A stretch of 64,000 nucleotides of DNA from Parcubacteria group bacterium (GCA_041661275.1 JBAZUU010000002.1:33206-97205); one strand, 5' to 3'. Shown: positions 9,740 to 19,871, counted from the stretch's first letter. The notes: a model not told the origin generated them from the letters alone. A program made the numbers and translations.

Positions 9740-10291
9740 CTAAATTAATTTTTCAATTTCTTTTAGAACACCACTATACATTTCTTCTATTTTCTCTAAT
9801 TCTTCTCCTGAAAAGTTTTGCAAAACGAAATCGGCGGGTTCGATTTGAGAACGCAAATTTTCCGTGGCGATGCCGATGCGGATACGTTGGAATTCTTTAG
9901 TCCCCAGCTTAGTTATAATATCCTCGACACCATTATGCCCGGCAGAGCCGGACTGAGTCGCGATTTTGTATTCGCCCAGAGGCAAGTCGATGTCGTCGTG
10001 AATGACAATAATATCCTCCGGCGATAATTTATAAAAATCCAAAATAGTCCGGACGGAATCTCCAGAGTTGTTCATGAATGTTTGGGGCTTTAATAATAGG
10101 AATTTTGAATTTTGAATTTTGAATTTTGAATCCAGCAATCTTTCAGAAATTTCACTGTTAAACTTTTTATTTAATGTAAAATCGGGAAAATCGTATTTTT
10201 CCTTGATTCTATCCACCATCATAAACCCGACGTTGTGGCGGGTGTTTTCGTACTGTTTGCCAGGATTGCCCAGGCCGATTATTAATTTCAT
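9740..10291 (-). CDS. pth: Peptidyl-tRNA hydrolase
   Basis: MKLIIGLGNPG..Y.NTRHNVGF, KPQTFMNNSG, GHNG; contains a (GAATTTT)4 tract. Confidence 0.97.
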   Translation of the reverse strand: MKLIIGLGNPGKQYENTRHNVGFMMVDRIKEKYDFPDFTLNKKFNSEISERLLDSKFKIQNSKFLLLKPQTFMNNSGDSVRTILDFYKLSPEDIIVIHDDIDLPLGEYKIATQSGSAGHNGVEDIITKLGTKEFQRIRIGIATENLRSQIEPADFVLQNFSGEELEKIEEMYSGVLKEIEKLI

Positions 10292-10299
10292 AAATGTCT

Positions 10300-10387
10300 G
10301 AACCACAGATTATCACTGAATGCACTGATTCCACTGAGTTAATAATTCATGTGTAATCAGGATAATCATGTGCTAATCAGTGGTTCT
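10300..10387. repeat. Roughly 9-nt periodic inverted repeat (CACAGAT/CACTGAT type)
   Basis: GAACCACAGATTATCACTGAATGCACTGATT...AATCAGGATAATCATGTGCTAATCAGTGGTTC; supplies the last codons and stop of the LCP gene. Confidence 0.75.
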
Positions 10388-11836
10388 GAATTCCGTATAG
10401 TTATTCGCGTCCTCGCTTTTATTATACTCCTCAAACGAATCTTCTTCCATGCTATATTTTTCAACTATATCAGAACCCAGAATGAGTACCAAGTCTGCGG
10501 AAATATTTTCAGTGTTTTTTTTGTATATTTCCGGCATATTTTCTTTGGCGGCGGCGGGAATTTTTTTGACGATTTCATCCATCGTGAAAGGGATATTTTT
10601 TTTACCCAGATCGTAGCCAATTGTTACTGGCTCGACATATTTATCAAAATTTTTGATAACCGTCACGTTTTTATAATCAAAATTATCGTTCAATAGCTTT
10701 TTAATTTTCCCTTCGAGCGCGGAATCTCCACTTTTATTGATGATAACGATCGATGCGTCTTCCTTGGCGATTTCCTCTTTTCTCCGCTTGATTTTTTCCA
10801 GATCAAAGGCATTTTGCGCCAGTTCTTGCGTTTCACTCCAATTGCCCACGCGAGGAACCAGAATAAAAGCCCGCCCATTCGAAGTTTCAAGGTGGGAAAC
10901 TTTCAGGAGACTATCTTTGTTCCAGGCATCAATAACGACAGTATTCATATTATTGACATCCGTTTTTTTAGCCAGTTCGTAAAAACTTTCAAACTCCGCA
11001 GGAGTCACATCGGTCTTAATATTGTCACCCAGGGCGTTGAAAATTTCATTAACGGCAAAAAGATTTATCATCGTACCGGCCGAGAAAACCTTATTCTTGG
11101 TAGCTTGCATAATCTGTTGTTGACGTTTGGCCCGGCCGAAATCACCATCAGGATCATTGTGTCTTTCGCGAGCATATTTCAAAGCAATCACACCATCTAG
11201 TTGATGAAATCCCTTTTTTAGTTCAAAAGTTTCGTAGGAATAATTAGAGCCGGGATATCGAGCGTCATAGATATCACGTTCGTTCATAATGTTTATCCCG
11301 TCGACCGTGTCAATAATTTTGATAAATCCGTCAAAATTCAAAATTACATAATAGTTTATATCAAGCCCAGTAATATCAGAAACGATGGCCTTTACTGTTT
11401 CAGCGCTTTTTTTCTCATCGCCATTGGAATTATTAATGCCATATTGATAAGCGGAATTTATTTTCATTCCAATTCCAGATTCGGGAATCTTAACAAAAAG
11501 ATCACGTGGCAAAGATATGAATGCCGCCTGGTTGGTTTTAGGGTCAACGCTGGCTACCATGATAGTGTCAGTCAGATTTTGTCCGGGCTTGCCTTTGCCG
11601 GCAATTCCCAGAAGAAGAATATTTATCCGACCACCTTCGACACCTTTCAAATTCGGTTGATTACCAGAGGAAAGATTTTTTATAGTGTCCAAGAGGCTAT
11701 TTTTTTTGTCAAAAGTTATCTTATTGCCAACATAGTTAGTTTTATAGATAAAAAAAGACAGATAGCCAATACCAAAAAGTAAGAGAAGGGTGAAAAGAAT
11801 CAGAGAAAATTTAACTAAATAACTCTTTAATGGCAT
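10373..11836 (-). CDS. LCP (LytR-CpsA-Psr) family protein with probable LytR_C domain
   Basis: INILLLG, LTDTIMVAS, SLPRD, ARERH..DFGRAKRQQ. Confidence 0.92.
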   Translation of the reverse strand: MPLKSYLVKFSLILFTLLLLFGIGYLSFFIYKTNYVGNKITFDKKNSLLDTIKNLSSGNQPNLKGVEGGRINILLLGIAGKGKPGQNLTDTIMVASVDPKTNQAAFISLPRDLFVKIPESGIGMKINSAYQYGINNSNGDEKKSAETVKAIVSDITGLDINYYVILNFDGFIKIIDTVDGINIMNERDIYDARYPGSNYSYETFELKKGFHQLDGVIALKYARERHNDPDGDFGRAKRQQQIMQATKNKVFSAGTMINLFAVNEIFNALGDNIKTDVTPAEFESFYELAKKTDVNNMNTVVIDAWNKDSLLKVSHLETSNGRAFILVPRVGNWSETQELAQNAFDLEKIKRRKEEIAKEDASIVIINKSGDSALEGKIKKLLNDNFDYKNVTVIKNFDKYVEPVTIGYDLGKKNIPFTMDEIVKKIPAAAKENMPEIYKKNTENISADLVLILGSDIVEKYSMEEDSFEEYNKSEDANNYTEFRTTD

Positions 11837-11837
11837 A

Positions 11838-11949
11838 CCCGGTAGTGAAACTTCGACTTTTATGTAAATGTATAAATAAGTGAAGCTTTATATTATGTCT
11901 AATTGTACTTTATGCTCCGGTTTTATTGAGTCGAAGTTCTACTACCGGG
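11838..11949. mobile_element. 112-bp MITE-like element, 21-bp imperfect TIRs, 4-bp TSD containing the LCP start codon
   Basis: CATA|CCCGGTAGTGAAACTTCGACT...AGTCGAAGTTCTACTACCGGG|CATA. Confidence 0.85.
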
Positions 11950-12088
11950 CATAATATTAAAAACTGCTGGTATTACTAAAGCAGGTTGTATGTATAGTAA
12001 CTCTTTTCGTTACTCAAGTCAAATTTTGGCTTAAATAAGGGCAAATACCCTCTTGCCAAAACAATAATTTTCTGATAGCATTAAGGTC

Positions 12089-12727
12089 ATGACAGAGGAA
12101 AAAATAGAAGAAAAAAAGGAGAATGAACTAGTTGGTGAGCGTTATGCCGGAGTAGGCAGTTTTGTTCTGGAAATCATAAAAATTGTCATCCTGGCTTTCG
12201 TTATAATCGTCCCAATAAGGGTGTTTTTGTTTCAACCGTTTTTTGTCCAGGGAGCATCAATGGAACCCAATTTTGAGAATGGAGAATATTTGATCATTAA
12301 TGAGCTGGGATATAAAAGAACAAGTCTTGACATTAGCAATGCCAATCTTTTTACCGTAAAGCCGTGGAAAGAAGTAGCTCGTCAGGAGCCGGTCGTCTTT
12401 CGATATCCGCTTGATCCAAGCAAATTTTTCATCAAACGCGTAATTGGTCTTCCTGGAGAAAAAATTGAGATAAAAAACAGCCAAATAACGATATATAACG
12501 ACAGTCATCCTGATGGTTTTGTCCTTGATGAAAGCGCTTATCTTGCCAGTTCGGTAAAAACCAGTTCGGAAACAACGATATCACTAAAAAGCGACGAATA
12601 TTTCGTGATGGGAGATAATCGGCCATATAGTTCTGATTCTCGATCATGGGGACCGGTTCCTGAGAGAGATATTATTGGTAAGGTGGCAGTGAGAGCCTGG
12701 CCGCTAAACCGAATGTCATCGTTTTAA
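12089..12727 (+). CDS. lepB: Signal peptidase I
   Basis: GASMEPNF, FIKRVIGLPGE, GDNRPYSSDSRSWG. Confidence 0.96.
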   Translation: MTEEKIEEKKENELVGERYAGVGSFVLEIIKIVILAFVIIVPIRVFLFQPFFVQGASMEPNFENGEYLIINELGYKRTSLDISNANLFTVKPWKEVARQEPVVFRYPLDPSKFFIKRVIGLPGEKIEIKNSQITIYNDSHPDGFVLDESAYLASSVKTSSETTISLKSDEYFVMGDNRPYSSDSRSWGPVPERDIIGKVAVRAWPLNRMSSF

Positions 12728-12840
12728 ATGAAAAATGTAAATCTCAAAATGAAAAATGACAATGCAAAATAAAAAATTTATAAATTCCCATTTTTAATTT
12801 TAATATGTCATTTTGATTTTTACTTTTTTATTTTTGATTT
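12726..12840. repeat. Heptamer-periodic intergenic inverted repeat (AAATGAN family)
   Basis: AAATGAA AAATGTA AATCTCA AAATGAA AAATGAC...TGTCATTTTGATTTTTACTTTTTTATTTTTGATTT; related to 22124-22236. Confidence 0.8.
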
Positions 12841-12847
12841 ATTTTTT

Positions 12848-14215
12848 ATGGTTAAACCTAAAAAAACTAAGAAGCTGACAAAAAAGAAGCTGCCTATAAA
12901 AGCGGAAGAGCCTGTTGAGCCGCTTATTCTCCAGACTATCCGTGGGATGAAGGATATTTTGCCGGAAAACCAGCCATATTGGGAGCAGATAAGACGTGTG
13001 TCAGAAAGACTGGCGCGAGATTATGGTTTTTCCCGGATTGATACTCCCATTGTTGAATATACTAATCTTTTTGTCAGGAATATTGGAAAAGGGACGGACA
13101 TTGTGGAAAAAGAAATGTATAGTTTTGTGACCCGAGGCGGGGACAAAGTAACATTGCGCCCGGAACTGACGGCGGGGATTTGCCGCGCTTTTATCCAGCA
13201 TGGGATGCATCTTATGCCTAAGCCCTTGAAACTTTTTTCGACAGGTCCTGTCTATCGCTACGATCGTCCGCAGGAAGGAAGATATCGGGAACATTTTCAG
13301 ATAAATTATGATGCTTTCGGCGAGGAAGATTCAATTCTCGACGCGCAGGTGATCCAGATCGCCCACCGGATAATTCAAAATTTGGGAATCAAGTCTATCC
13401 AGATCCAGGTAAATTCTATCGGCTGTCCGACCTGTCGCCGCGACTACATTGAACTTCTGACCAATTATCTGGAATCAAAGAAAAATAAACTGTGTCAGGA
13501 CTGCAAAAGAAGGATGGAAGTCAATCCGCTGCGCGTTCTTGATTGCAAGGAAGATAAATGTATGCAAGTGGCTGCTTCCGCTCCGCAATCAGTTGATCAT
13601 CTCTGTGAAGAATGTCGCGTGCATTTTAAATCTCTTTTGGAATATCTGGACGAGCTTGATCTGCCCTATATCATCAATCCTCGTCTGGTGCGAGGCCTTG
13701 ATTATTATACTAAAACAGTTTTTGAGATCTGGTCTGGACTGGAAAATGGCAAAAAGAACGCCTTGGGCGGTGGAGGACGTTATGACCGACTTATCAAGAT
13801 GATGGGTGGAGAAGATACTCCGGCTATCGGTTTTGCTTTCGGGATAGAGAGATTGATTTTGGAGATGAAAAAAGTGCAAGCCAAACCCTATCGTCCGGCG
13901 CGACCAAAAGTATTTTTGGCGCAATTGGGAAACTTAGCTAAAAGAAAAAGCTTGAAACTATTTTCTGAACTGGAAAAAAATGGAATACTTCTGGCTGAAA
14001 GTTTTGGCCGAGGAAGCCTGAAATCCCAGCTTAAAGTGGCAAATAAACTGGGAGTGGAACTGACGCTTATTCTCGGACAAAAAGAAACCCTTGACGGCAC
14101 AGTGATTGTCAAAAATATGACCACTGGTGTCCAGGAAACAGTGGCGGCTGACAAGTTGGTGGACACGATAAAAAAGAAACTAAAAGCGGATAATGTGGTT
14201 ACTTATCATAACTAG
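12848..14215 (+). CDS. hisS: Histidine--tRNA ligase
   Basis: RGMKDILP, LRPELTA, RYDRPQEGRYREH, LVRGLDYY, GGGRYD. Confidence 0.97.
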   Translation: MVKPKKTKKLTKKKLPIKAEEPVEPLILQTIRGMKDILPENQPYWEQIRRVSERLARDYGFSRIDTPIVEYTNLFVRNIGKGTDIVEKEMYSFVTRGGDKVTLRPELTAGICRAFIQHGMHLMPKPLKLFSTGPVYRYDRPQEGRYREHFQINYDAFGEEDSILDAQVIQIAHRIIQNLGIKSIQIQVNSIGCPTCRRDYIELLTNYLESKKNKLCQDCKRRMEVNPLRVLDCKEDKCMQVAASAPQSVDHLCEECRVHFKSLLEYLDELDLPYIINPRLVRGLDYYTKTVFEIWSGLENGKKNALGGGGRYDRLIKMMGGEDTPAIGFAFGIERLILEMKKVQAKPYRPARPKVFLAQLGNLAKRKSLKLFSELEKNGILLAESFGRGSLKSQLKVANKLGVELTLILGQKETLDGTVIVKNMTTGVQETVAADKLVDTIKKKLKADNVVTYHN

Positions 14216-14323
14216 TTAAACTGGTTAAACTAGTTTTCTAGTTGGCAAAATAAAGACTAAGAATTATTTAACAACTAGGTTGCTTGGATCAACTAGAAAA
14301 CCAGACAACCAGTTCAACCAGTC
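14211..14323. repeat. 8-9-nt periodic inverted repeat (ACTAGTT type)
   Basis: ACTAGTTAAACTGGTTAAACTAGTTTTCTAGTTG...CAACTAGAAAACCAGACAACCAGTTCAACCAGT. Confidence 0.75.
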
Positions 14324-14324
14324 T

Positions 14325-14675
14325 ATGTGTATTTTTTGCAAAATAATCAAAAAAGAGGTACCGGCAGTAGTTGTTTATGAAGATAGCGATATTTTAGCCT
14401 TTAAGGACGTGCGGCCCTTGGCGCCGGTGCATATTTTGATTATTCCCAAAAAACACATTGAGTCAGTTAATGATTTCGAAGATACGGATGCGGAACTTGT
14501 AGGCCGGATGGTGATTGCGGCTAAAAAGATTGCGACGGACTTTGACATTTCGCCAAAAGGGTATAAACTATTATTTCGGGTAGGAGAGTGGGGCGGACAA
14601 GAAGTGCCGCATGTTCACCTTCATCTTATAGGTGGCGCCAAGCTTCATGAGAATATCCACCCGGATATGAAATAA
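14325..14675 (+). CDS. HIT family nucleotide-binding protein
   Basis: MCIFCKII, GQEVPHVHLHLIGG; the upstream extension is repeat-derived. Confidence 0.93.
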   Translation: MCIFCKIIKKEVPAVVVYEDSDILAFKDVRPLAPVHILIIPKKHIESVNDFEDTDAELVGRMVIAAKKIATDFDISPKGYKLLFRVGEWGGQEVPHVHLHLIGGAKLHENIHPDMK

Positions 14676-14690
14676 GAGAGGAGGTTTTCT

Positions 14691-14948
14691 ATGATAGAAG
14701 TTAAAAAAAAGGATCGAGAGTCATCAGAAAGTTTAATCAGGAGATTCGGCCGCCGGGTTCAGCAAAGCGGTGTTTTAGTGCAGGCCAGACGTGGAAGATT
14801 TCTCGTTGACGAAAAGACCAGAAGAGAAAAAAGAGAAGGGGCGATGTATAAGGAAAAAGTGAAAAAAGTCGTCAACCGCCTCAAAAAAATGGGCAAATTT
14901 GACGAAGAAAACTTCAGAAACACCAAGAAGAAACTAATTAAAAAATAA
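14691..14948 (+). CDS. rpsU: 30S ribosomal protein S21 (divergent)
   Basis: IEVKKKDRESSESLIRRF; HIT-rpsU-yqeY synteny. Confidence 0.8.
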   Translation: MIEVKKKDRESSESLIRRFGRRVQQSGVLVQARRGRFLVDEKTRREKREGAMYKEKVKKVVNRLKKMGKFDEENFRNTKKKLIKK

Positions 14949-14953
14949 GTCTT

Positions 14954-15406
14954 ATGTCGATCAAACAAAAAATATCAGATGATTTGAAATCAGCCATGAA
15001 GGCAGGGGAAACTGAAAAGCGTGATGTTCTGCGGATGCTTGATTCCATGGTCAAGAACACGGAAATTGAAAAAAAGAAACGAGAAGAAGGGCTAACAGAC
15101 GAAGAGGTTATTGAAGTTGTCACACGTGCCGTAAAACAAAGAAAAGATAGTATCGCCCAATATGAATCCGGTGGACGGCCAGAGCTGGCTGAAAAAGAGC
15201 AAAAGGAAATAGATATCCTCATGGCCTATATGCCCGAGCAGATGGGAGAGGAAGAGGTACGAAAAATCGTGAAAGAGGTAATTTCCGAAACAGGAGCCCA
15301 GGGTGCCGCCAGTATCGGCAAAGTAATGGGTCCGGCCATGGCACGCCTCAAAGGCAAAGCTGACGGGACTCTCGTGAAAAAGATCGTTGAGGAAGAATTG
15401 AAATAA
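14954..15406 (+). CDS. GatB/YqeY domain protein
   Basis: DLKSAMKAG, KQRKDSIAQY, GKVMG...KGKADG. Confidence 0.93.
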   Translation: MSIKQKISDDLKSAMKAGETEKRDVLRMLDSMVKNTEIEKKKREEGLTDEEVIEVVTRAVKQRKDSIAQYESGGRPELAEKEQKEIDILMAYMPEQMGEEEVRKIVKEVISETGAQGAASIGKVMGPAMARLKGKADGTLVKKIVEEELK

Positions 15407-15422
15407 ATCAAAACCTTTTAAG

Positions 15423-15453
15423 ACAGCCCCGACGTTATGTCGGGACTGTTTTT
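15423..15453 (+). terminator. Intrinsic terminator
   Basis: ACAGCCCCGAC-gttat-GTCGGGACTGT-TTTT. Confidence 0.65.
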
Positions 15454-15486
15454 ATAACCGGGAACATTGTTATATAATGGAACCAT

Positions 15487-15924
15487 ATGAAACTAACTGT
15501 CGAAATAAATAATAAATCCGGCGAAAGGGTAAAAAATGATTTTTTCGCCGATATTATAAAAAAGACACTAAAACTGTCTGGTTTTAAATTTTTAGAAAAA
15601 AAGAATGTTTCTGTCAGTATTGCACTGGTAGACGAAAAAGAAATCAAGAAGCTAAACAGGATCTATCGGAAAAAGGATACTGTTACGGACATTTTATCTT
15701 TTGCGGAATATAAAAATATCGAAGCGATAAGGAAAAATAAGGAAGCAACTATATTTCTTGGCGAGTTGGTAGTATGCTATAATGATATTAGAAAATTTGC
15801 CGAGAAAAATAAAATAGATCCAAAAAAGGAGTTGGCAGAAGTGATTTCTCACGGCGCGCTTCATCTTTTAGGGATGAAACATGACCGGATAATGTTCGCC
15901 ATTCAAAATAAAATCAATGAATAG
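15487..15924 (+). CDS. ybeY: rRNA maturation RNase YbeY
   Basis: LNRIYRKKDTVTDILSF, HGALHLLGMKH. Confidence 0.93.
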   Translation: MKLTVEINNKSGERVKNDFFADIIKKTLKLSGFKFLEKKNVSVSIALVDEKEIKKLNRIYRKKDTVTDILSFAEYKNIEAIRKNKEATIFLGELVVCYNDIRKFAEKNKIDPKKELAEVISHGALHLLGMKHDRIMFAIQNKINE

Positions 15925-16285
15925 ACTTGTTCAATTTAGAAAAAGCTTTTCCTATGCCATTCGGGGGCTACGCTATGTCGTCAATCATGAAAAAAACTTT
16001 CAAAACCAGCTCCTGGCTGCTTTTTTGATTGTAATAATTATGATATATTTGCAAGTTACGAGAGCAGAGGCGGTTGTTCTCATTTTGGTAATTGCGGGAG
16101 TTCTGATTATGGAGCTTTTTAATACTGTCATGGAGAGAGTAGTGGATATTCTGAAGCCCAGAATCCATCCTTACGCGCGACTTATTAAAGACCTGATGGC
16201 CGCTAGCGTGCTTCTGGCATCGCTTCTGGCTATCTTCATTGGAATCTTGATTTTTTATCCATATATTTCAAAGCTACTAGGTTGA
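15917..16285 (+). CDS. dgkA: Diacylglycerol/undecaprenol kinase
   Basis: SFSYAIRGL..HEKNF, ELFNTVMERVVD, KDLMAASVL. Confidence 0.88.
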   Translation: MNRLVQFRKSFSYAIRGLRYVVNHEKNFQNQLLAAFLIVIIMIYLQVTRAEAVVLILVIAGVLIMELFNTVMERVVDILKPRIHPYARLIKDLMAASVLLASLLAIFIGILIFYPYISKLLG

Positions 16286-16340
16286 GGAATAGTTAAGTTT
16301 ATTGTATAATTCAAAGGACAACTAATTATTTATATCCGTC

Positions 16341-17597
16341 ATGTCGAAAAAAGACATTGTTGTTGGTGTTGACGTCGGATCGTCTGCCATAAAAACTGTT
16401 ATTACCCAGCTTATCTCTACCGAGGAAAAACCGAGGATTATCGGAGTGGGAGTCGCGCCATCATCAGGCGTCAGGCGTGGAGTGATAGTTGATCTGGAAG
16501 AAGCGACAAAAGCCATCAGTGCTTCCATTGCGGAAGCAGAAAGGATGGCTGGTTTCGATGTTGATCGGGCGATAATAAGTATCGGCGGAAATCATATATG
16601 TTCTCAATATTCAAAGGGAGTGATTGCGGTCGGTCGGGCGGACGGAGAAGTGACGAGCGACGACATCGAAAGGGTGATCGGCGCCGCGCAAGCTATTTCT
16701 GTCCCGGCCAACAAGGAAATTATTCATATAATACCAAAAGATTATTCACTTGATGATCAGAAAAAAATAAAAGATCCTATTGGAATGAATGGAGTGCGGC
16801 TGGAAGTGGACGCGATGATCATAGAGGGATCCACCCCTTTTATTAGAAATCTCACCAAATGTGTGGAGCAAGCAGGAATTGGCATTGAAAGTTATGTCCT
16901 TTCTCCACTGGCGGCGGCTCAATCCACGCTTTCCAAGAGACAAAAAGAACTCGGAGTTATTCTTGTTGATATAGGTGGTGGATCAACATCTATTGCTGTC
17001 TTTGAAGAAAATGACCTTTTGCATACTTCAGTTATTCCTGTTGGTGGCGGTCACATAACAAATGACATCGCCATCGGTCTTCGGACTTCAGTGGACGTGG
17101 CCGAACAGGTGAAATTGGAATTTGGAAATGCTATGCCGAGTGAAATTGGAAAAAAAGAAGACATTGATCTGTCGCAAATAGATCCACAGGAAGAAGGAAT
17201 GGTTTCCCGGTTTCATGTGGCACAAATTGTGGAAGCGCGACTGGAAGAAATTTTTTCCATGGTCAACAAAGAGTTAAAGGTTATAGGAAAGGACAAGCTT
17301 CTCCCAGCTGGAGTAATTCTGACCGGTGGAACGGCTAAACTTCCAGGGTGTGTCGATCTGGCTAAAAATACGCTTGGGTTACCAGCGCAAACCGGTTTTC
17401 CTATGCCTTTGGGAGGGCTCGTTGATAAAGTTGATGAACCGACCTACGCTACTGTTATTGGCCTTGTCCTATGGGGTCTGGAGAGCGCCTATTCTAAGAG
17501 CGTAATGGCTAAAAGTGGTATAATACAGACTATTCCGGGCAATGTGGGTGAAACAGTGACCAGCATCAAAAAGTGGTTGGGGAAGTTTTTGCCGTAA
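16341..17597 (+). CDS. ftsA: Cell division protein FtsA
   Basis: GVDVGSS, DIGGGST, GGGHITNDIA, LTGGTAKL; upstream of ftsZ. Confidence 0.97.
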   Translation: MSKKDIVVGVDVGSSAIKTVITQLISTEEKPRIIGVGVAPSSGVRRGVIVDLEEATKAISASIAEAERMAGFDVDRAIISIGGNHICSQYSKGVIAVGRADGEVTSDDIERVIGAAQAISVPANKEIIHIIPKDYSLDDQKKIKDPIGMNGVRLEVDAMIIEGSTPFIRNLTKCVEQAGIGIESYVLSPLAAAQSTLSKRQKELGVILVDIGGGSTSIAVFEENDLLHTSVIPVGGGHITNDIAIGLRTSVDVAEQVKLEFGNAMPSEIGKKEDIDLSQIDPQEEGMVSRFHVAQIVEARLEEIFSMVNKELKVIGKDKLLPAGVILTGGTAKLPGCVDLAKNTLGLPAQTGFPMPLGGLVDKVDEPTYATVIGLVLWGLESAYSKSVMAKSGIIQTIPGNVGETVTSIKKWLGKFLP

Positions 17598-17615
17598 AGC
17601 CAAAACTGCTAATAG

Positions 17616-17670
17616 ATCCTTCGCATATCGGCTAATGCCGATATTGCTCAGGATGGCGGATTTTCCGCCA
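17616..17670. repeat. TCCTTCG..GCTCAGGA REP with nested hairpin, followed by a TGGCGGA/TCCGCCA hairpin
   Basis: ATCCTTCGC[ATATCGGC-taat-GCCGATAT]TGCTCAGGAT; same outer family as 25561-25604. Confidence 0.7.
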
Positions 17671-17783
17671 ATTTGACACGAGTGCAACTTGTATGATAGA
17701 TTTATATATCAGATAGGGAAAATGGGCTAAAAATCATATTCTGACAAGTTGTCGGCCGAACCGAAAAAATCTAAACTGATTTT

Positions 17784-17870
17784 CAAAAAACAAAAAACTC
17801 AAAAATAAAAATATACAAAGATAACGCATATCTCTTTTCTTTGTAGTTTGATTTTTGAGTTTATTTTTTT
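17784..17870. repeat. Degenerate heptamer-periodic inverted repeat
   Basis: CAAAAAACAAAAAACTCAAAAATAAAAATATACAAAG...CTTTGTAGTTTGATTTTTGAGTTTATTTTTTT. Confidence 0.6.
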
Positions 17871-17903
17871 AACAGATCTAAAATCTTATTTATATAAAAT
17901 TAT

Positions 17904-19103
17904 ATGGCTGAAATAAAACCACCGGTTGAAACATTCGCGCGGATAAAAGTTGTGGGAGTTGGAGGATCAGGAGGAAACGCGATTTCCAGGATGATCGAAG
18001 CAAAATTAAAAGGAGTGGAATTTGTGGCGATCAATACTGACGCGCAAGCTCTTCATCATAATAAAGCTGCAGAGAAAGTACACATTGGAAAAAACCTGAC
18101 CAAAGGTCTTGGAGCCGGAATGAATCCTGATGTTGGCCGACAAGCGGCTGAAGAAAATCGCGATGAAATCCAGGAAGTGCTCAAGGGTTCTGATATGGTT
18201 TTTGTCACTTGCGGTCTTGGTGGTGGAACAGGAACTGGTGCGGTTCCGATCGTAGCAGAAACGGCCAAAGAATTAGGAGCGCTCACTGTGGCTGTAGTGA
18301 CTAAGCCTTTCACCTTTGAAGGCGCTCAGAGAAGATCGATCGCTGATGAGGGGCTGGAAAATCTTCGAGAGAGGGTAGATACTCTCATTACCATTCCTAA
18401 TGATAAATTACTGCAAATTATCGATAAAAAAACCACTCTTATTAACTCTTTCAAGATTGTAGATGATGTTCTCAGGCAAGGTGTTCAGGGAATTTCCGAT
18501 CTCATAACAAAGCCTGGCGTGGTGAACGTCGACTTTGCCGATGTAAAAGCCATTATGTCCAATAGCGGTTCAGCTCTTATGGGAATCGGCCTTGGATCCG
18601 GAGAAAACCGAGCGGCAGAAGCGGCGAGAGCGGCTATCAACAGTCCACTTCTCGAGTTGTCTATTGACGGTGCCAAAGGCGTGCTATTTAATGTTTGTGG
18701 CTCTACTGACCTGACTATGCTTGAGATTAATGAAGCGGCGAATGTTATTACTGAATCTATTGATCCTAATGCCAAAGTGATTTTCGGAGCGGTAGTTGAT
18801 GAAACTTTGAAAAAAGGAGAGGTGCAAATTACAGTGGTAGCCACTGGATTCAATGAAGAAAAAGTTATGGAAAACCCGATCGAAAAATTGTCGAGAATTT
18901 CCATCAACGAATCGAGAAAAAAAGAATCATCTCCCGAGATGAAAATAACTTATCCGGAAAAATTCGAACCGAAGATGATTATTGACGAGCGAATTCCTCC
19001 GAAACCGGCAAAGATCAATCCTACTCCAAAGGAAAAAGAATTGAGCGATGATGATGACGAACTGGAAATCCCAGCTTTCATTAGGAGAAAGATGGGAAAG
19101 TAG
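17904..19103 (+). CDS. ftsZ: Cell division protein FtsZ
   Basis: [17 protein letters not shown]-terminal LEIPAFIRR. Confidence 0.99.
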   Translation: MAEIKPPVETFARIKVVGVGGSGGNAISRMIEAKLKGVEFVAINTDAQALHHNKAAEKVHIGKNLTKGLGAGMNPDVGRQAAEENRDEIQEVLKGSDMVFVTCGLGGGTGTGAVPIVAETAKELGALTVAVVTKPFTFEGAQRRSIADEGLENLRERVDTLITIPNDKLLQIIDKKTTLINSFKIVDDVLRQGVQGISDLITKPGVVNVDFADVKAIMSNSGSALMGIGLGSGENRAAEAARAAINSPLLELSIDGAKGVLFNVCGSTDLTMLEINEAANVITESIDPNAKVIFGAVVDETLKKGEVQITVVATGFNEEKVMENPIEKLSRISINESRKKESSPEMKITYPEKFEPKMIIDERIPPKPAKINPTPKEKELSDDDDELEIPAFIRRKMGK

Positions 19104-19115
19104 AAAAGTTATCCA

Positions 19116-19148
19116 CCCCGTAAAGTCGCCGAAGCGGCGACAACGGGG
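19116..19148. mobile_element. 33-bp CCCCG..CGGGG mini-element splitting a DnaA box
   Basis: TTATCCA|CCCCGTAAAGTCGCC-gaagc-GGCGACAACGGGG|CA; intact box TTATCCACA at 19165-19173. Confidence 0.6.
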
Positions 19149-19192
19149 CAAGCACCCTAAAAAGTTATCCACAGGTATATAAAAAATCCCGT

Positions 19193-19218
19193 AAAACCCG
19201 CCACTTGGCGGGTTTTTT
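19193..19218 (+). terminator. Intrinsic terminator after ftsZ
   Basis: AAAACCCGCCA-ct-TGGCGGGTTTTTT. Confidence 0.75.
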
Positions 19219-19244
19219 GACTTGTGGTATAATGACATATACAT

Positions 19245-19260
19245 ACACAATATGTTGTAT
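19245..19260 (+). promoter_or_regulatory. NrdR box upstream of nrdR-nrdD-nrdG
   Basis: ACACAATATGTTGTAT fits the acaCwAtATaTwGtg consensus; lies between TATAAT hexamers. Confidence 0.7.
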
Positions 19261-19268
19261 ATAATTCT

Positions 19269-19718
19269 ATGAATTGTCCATTTTGTAACAATCAAGAAAC
19301 AAAAGTAGTAGATTCACGGGATACTAGTGATGGAAAAATAACCCGCAGACGTCGTGAATGCTTCAAATGCACTGCCCGGTTTTCCACTTATGAAGAAATA
19401 GAGCTTTTACGACTGGCCATCGTCAAAAAAGACGGTTCAAAAGTTGATTATGATAAGTGTAAAATCGAAGCGGGGATAAAAAAAGCATTGGAGAAGCGGC
19501 CAATCACTCAAGAAAGATTTGCCAAACTCATGGGAGACATCGAATATGATATGCGGTCGATGGAAAAGCCGGAAATAACCACCAGAGAAATCGGAAAAAT
19601 GGTGCTCAAAAAACTGAAAGAACTCGACGAAGTCGCTTATGTGCGATTTGCGAGCGTCTATAAATCATTCGGATCGATAGAGAGTTTCAAGAAAGAATTA
19701 GATACGTTTGACAAATAG
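19269..19718 (+). CDS. nrdR: Transcriptional repressor NrdR
   Basis: MNCPFC..KVVDSR..RRRECFKC..RFSTYE, ATP cone, VAYVRFASVY. Confidence 0.98.
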   Translation: MNCPFCNNQETKVVDSRDTSDGKITRRRRECFKCTARFSTYEEIELLRLAIVKKDGSKVDYDKCKIEAGIKKALEKRPITQERFAKLMGDIEYDMRSMEKPEITTREIGKMVLKKLKELDEVAYVRFASVYKSFGSIESFKKELDTFDK

Positions 19719-19837
19719 AAGATAGTTGATTGGAAAATAGAAAATAGTTCAGGAAAAAAGAAATAGGAGAATGGAAAATCAAATTTCTAATTTCCACTTT
19801 CTTAAGCCATTTTCCTTTTTCTATTCAACTAATTTCT
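19713..19837. repeat. Heptamer-periodic inverted repeat (TAGTTGA/GAAAAT family), copy 1 of 3
   Basis: TAGTTGATTGGAAAATAGAAAATAGTTCAGGAAA...TTCTTAAGCCATTTTCC..CTATTCAACTAATTTCT. Confidence 0.8.
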
Positions 19838-19871
19838 TTATAATATTTTTTAATAATCTAATTTAATTGTT

